Positions 46,261 through 49,648 of a DNA stretch of 49,648 nt are shown here, piece by piece (the stretch's first letter is position 1; the number at the start of each line of letters is the position of its first letter). The position numbers and the translations under genes were made by a program. The notes below the pieces were generated by a model. The model did no database searches, was not told the DNA's origin, and saw nothing but the letters and a program-made list of their open reading frames with translations. This stretch comes from Cyanophora paradoxa CCMP329 (lineage: Eukaryota > Plantae > Glaucophyta). The stretch is from assembly GCA_004431415.1 (NCBI GenBank), contig QPMI01000323.1, forward strand, positions 1-49,648, in the 5' to 3' direction.

Positions 46261-49200
46261 CTAGACAGTGAGGCGGACGGCGTGCCCGGCAGGCGCGCCG
46301 GGCCCGTCGCCGCCGCGCAGGAGGTCCTGCAGGGCCCGGCTCAGCGGCGCCGGCCCCTGCAGCTCCCGCGCCCCGGGCCCCGGCGCCGCCGCTGGCGGGC
46401 TGCCCCCGGCCGCCTCCGCAGCCCGCTGCAGCCACGGCATCGCCAGAATGTCGCTCGCGGAAGGCCTCGCCTGCGGGGCGATGCTCGCGCCGGCCTGGGT
46501 CGAGGGGGGGAACAGAGGGCACTCGCCTCGGGCTCGCTCTGCAGGAGGCTCGCCAGCAGGCCGCACCACTCCGCACTGTATCGCACCCTCCCCGCCTGAC
46601 CGCGCCGGCTCGGCTGGGGTACGGCGTCCGGTGGTGGAACGCGGGGCACCTGGTTGAGTGGGGGATGGATCGCGCGAGGGTCCAGCCCGCTGCACGCGCG
46701 CTGCGTAAACTGGACCTGCTCGGGGTCCTTGGGGGTACGGGCTCAGGTTCTGGAAGTGCCAAACGGAAGGGGAGGGGTACCGCGAAGGAGGAGAGGCAGT
46801 AGAGAAGTCCACCCAAGCTGAACCTGTCAAGGGTATCAAAAGCCGGAGGAGCCGGGAGGGGGACCCCGCTCACATGTCCGCCTTGCCGTCGTAGTCCTCC
46901 CCCCGGAACACCTGCAGAAAGCTGGCGTTGCGGCCGGTGCCTGGGAATGGAACCGCGCGGATTCGAGCGCGGACCTCGGGAGCCATGACGGAGCGGGTGC
47001 CTATGGAAGTGTTCGCCCGCTGCCCGTGCGCGAGCAGGCGGGAAATACCGAAGTCTGCGGAGGGGGTCGGGGGCGGGTGGGAGAGGGGTGGCGGCCGGGA
47101 GCGCGTTCGCACCGCCGATCTTGACGGAGAAGGAGTCGAGGGGCGCGGCCAGGTCGGCGGGGGAGGAGGCGAGGGGGGGCGGCCAAGCCTCCGAGAGGCC
47201 GGCGGCGAAGGGCGAGGGGGCCGGCCTGCAGGGGGCGACGGCCCCCGGGGCCTTCTTCCTCGTCAGGAGAACGTTTTCCAGCTTGAGGTCGCGGTGGATG
47301 AGCGTCCCCCTCGCCTGCGGGGCCGCGGGCTCGGGGGAGGGATGCGAGGGGGCCGGGGCTGGGCGGGCGGGGGGCGGGGCGGGCGCCTCGTTGCCGGCCT
47401 GGTCGAAGGAGAGGAGGGTGGTGCCGTGGAGGAACGCCAGCACGCGCGCGAGCTGCACCGCCACCAGCTGCAGCTCCTGCGCCGCTGTGAGGGCGAGGGG
47501 GCGGGGGGAGGAGGCGGCCTGCGGCGCGCCCACTCGGAGAAGGGCCGCCCGGCGCGCCGCCGCCCCGCGAGCGCGTCCCCCAAGGTCCCGTCGCACAGTT
47601 CCATCACCAGCACCAGCTGCGGGGCACGAAGAAGGAATTGGGGTGCGCGGGAGCCGGCAAGAGGGGGTGGGGGGAAGACACCTCGACCGAGGCCGGCACC
47701 CCCTCGTGGTGGGCCTGCACGAACATGTCCAGGAACTGGACCTGAGGGTACCGCATTAAGGACGGGGGTACGACGGAGATGGGAACAGGCTGAGCGGACG
47801 ACGTTCGGGTGCTCGACCTGCTTGAGGACCATGCCCTGCGGTGGGTGCGGGGTACGGGTTCAGAGGGCCGGCGGGGCGCAGGCGTGCGGGGGCCGCTGGG
47901 AGAGGACCTCCCAGAGGTAGAAGAGGGGCTCGCAGGGCTCCCCGGTGGGCACGTCGATCACCTGCGGCCTCAGGCCTCAGGTGGGCCTCAGGGGAGGCGC
48001 GGGGCGGAGCGGGGCGGGGCGGGGGGCGGGCGCCTTGACGGCGACGGGCTCGCCGGAGGCGGCGTGGGTGCCGCGGTAGACGGAGCCGAACGCGCCCCGC
48101 CCGAGGCGCTCCGAGAAGGCGACCCGCACCGGCGGCACCGCGTGCACGTACGGCAGCAGCGCCGCCGGCAGCGGCGGGAGGGGGCCCGACGGGAGCGGCG
48201 ACGGGGTTGACGCCCCGCTGGGCGGCTCCATCGGCGGGGGGGTCCGCTGCTGCTGCGCCCCCTGCGGCGGGCTGCCGTTCGGCCGGGGTGCCGCCGCTGC
48301 CGCCGCTGCCGCTGCAGCCGCCGCCGCCCTCTCTCGCTCCAGCTCCTCGAACGCCTCAGCGATCTGGGGCGCGCGGGGGTGAGGGGCGATCGGCGGCCGG
48401 GCGGAGGGGTAAAGGGGTCCCCGCGCCTCGTCGCTCGCGTTAGAGGCAGCCGAGGGCGTGTCACCGTCGCCTCCGGACCAGCCGCCGTCGTCCACCTGTG
48501 GAAGAGTCAGCGAGGGCTCGGCGGAGCGGCGGCGGCAGCAGCGGTGGGCGAGGAGGGGGAAAGAAGGCGAGCGGGCGCGCCTGCTGCTCGAAGATGGTCG
48601 CCGGCTCGAGCACCGCCTCGAGGTACCTCCGCCGCGGGTCCGACACGCTCAGCTCCGCCATGTACTCGCACTGCCGCCGCAGCCGCCCTCGGCTCGTCAA
48701 GTTCAGCGGCGGCAGGCGCGGCCGCGCGGCGCGGGGCCCCGGGGCGCGCCATTTCCTCGATGTCCTCCGTGCTGCGGATAGTTACATACTCGTGAGTGTC
48801 TTCGATCTTGTACCTCAGGCAGACGGGCGCCTGCAGGATGTGCGCGAACTCTGCCGCGGCCGCGTCAGCTACACACCCACGTCCGCGCCGCGGCAGCCAG
48901 CGCCGCCCAGCGGCGCCGCGCGCCTTCGTTGAGTTTGTGCGAGAGCTCTGCCCAACTCGAATCCCGGGGGATGGATCGGAGGACCACTGCGGCGAAGCCC
49001 CAGTCAGGCAGAAGCCCGACGCGGCCGACGCCCGCCGACCGCTCGCCGAGGACAGCCCAATCAGCGCCGGAGGCCGCGACGCCCGGCCAGCAGCCCGCTC
49101 GTCGAGGGCGGACGACGGACGCGTCGTCCTATGCGGCTCCCAGATCTAAGCGAGCTAAGGAGCGCAGAGGAGCGCAGCGCTTGCGTAGTCCACAGCTAGT

Positions 49201-49385
49201 ATGCCCGCGTTATCAAAGAGCTAATGGACTCACGGTCCCCGTCGGGGGTTCGCAACTTGAGCCGTACGGAAGGCGACTGCGAGCGCAACCTGAGCGTAAT
49301 GGAAGGCGACCGCGCAGCTGCAGGCCAGGAACACAAGCACACGCACCCGCTCGATGGCTGCAGCGGGCGCCAGCGCGTCCGACAT
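46261..49385 (-). CDS. Ser/Thr protein kinase with N-terminal PB1 domain
   Basis: PB1: SVRLKLRTPDGDLVLRSIPRDSSWAEL...LRYKIEDTHEYVTIRSTEDIEEM. Kinase: LGRGAFGSVY, VAVK, HPNVV, VMELC, HRDLKLENVLL, DFG, GT...MAPE, KADMFSLG, RPSASDIL..PW. Confidence 0.9.
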
Positions 49386-49537
49386 CGCTGCGCGCCCAAG
49401 CTCCGCCCGTCGTGCGTCCGGAGGCGTGCTCTACCCTGCTATGGCCAAGCAGCCTTTTGAAGCAGGCCCAAGCTCAGTGGCAAGCTGACGCGGGCCTTCC
49501 GACGGCTGTACCCCGTCGGAGACGTCAACTTCTTGAA

Positions 49538-49648
49538 ATGGAGGCGCGGGCGAGTGATGGCAAAGTGCGTCGCTCGTACCGGAGCGCGCCTGAATGCTCT
49601 GACTGCTTCCGCGCAGCCCGCCGTCGTGCGGCTCCGTCTGCGGTTTCC
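49538..49648 (+). CDS. 5' fragment of a gene, probably starting with a PB1/UBX/ubiquitin-fold domain (runs off the window)
   Basis: ATG 49538, MEARASDGK, then intron 49565-49616 (GTGCGT...CTGAC...CGCAG), then PAVVRLRLRF. Confidence 0.5.
   Translation, partial: MEARASDGKVRRSYRSAPECSDCFRAARRRAAPSAVS

Noticed and set aside
1-49648. tRNA, rRNA or snRNA genes; species identification
   Set aside because: No RNA gene was recognisable by eye, and the sequence alone does not support naming the organism.

Overview
Eukaryotic nuclear DNA from a very GC-rich, extremely intron-dense protist or alga. Most supplied six-frame ORFs are GC artefacts; genes appear only after splicing out many 40-100 nt introns. 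Manual splicing gives ten genes. (1) IQ-motif protein (-, truncated), head-to-head with (2) a four-domain voltage-gated cation channel with a non-canonical S-D-E-E filter. (3) Kinesin-like coiled-coil protein with degenerate ATPase motifs. (4) Rhodanese-like/SAM-methyltransferase fusion (-), head-to-head with (5) an unknown coiled-coil protein. (6) Probable Ig-fold transcription factor. (7) Anoctamin/TMEM16 with a degenerate Ca2+ site (-), whose likely ATG lies 34 bp from that of (8) an NYC1-like SDR across an imperfect palindrome. (9) PB1-domain Ser/Thr kinase (-), head-to-head with (10) the start of a gene with a similar N-terminus. An AT-richer island (~30.8-36.2 kb) holds a clean hAT-type MITE with an 8-bp TSD, other transposon remnants and TA-punctuated palindromic tracts resembling excision footprints. 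Window-wide oddities: G[T/C][G/C]CGC donors with frequent GC-AG introns, introns that copy the adjacent exon start, and alternating C-rich and G-rich blocks. Gene models are hand-built without transcript data, and the assembly seems to have homopolymer indels.
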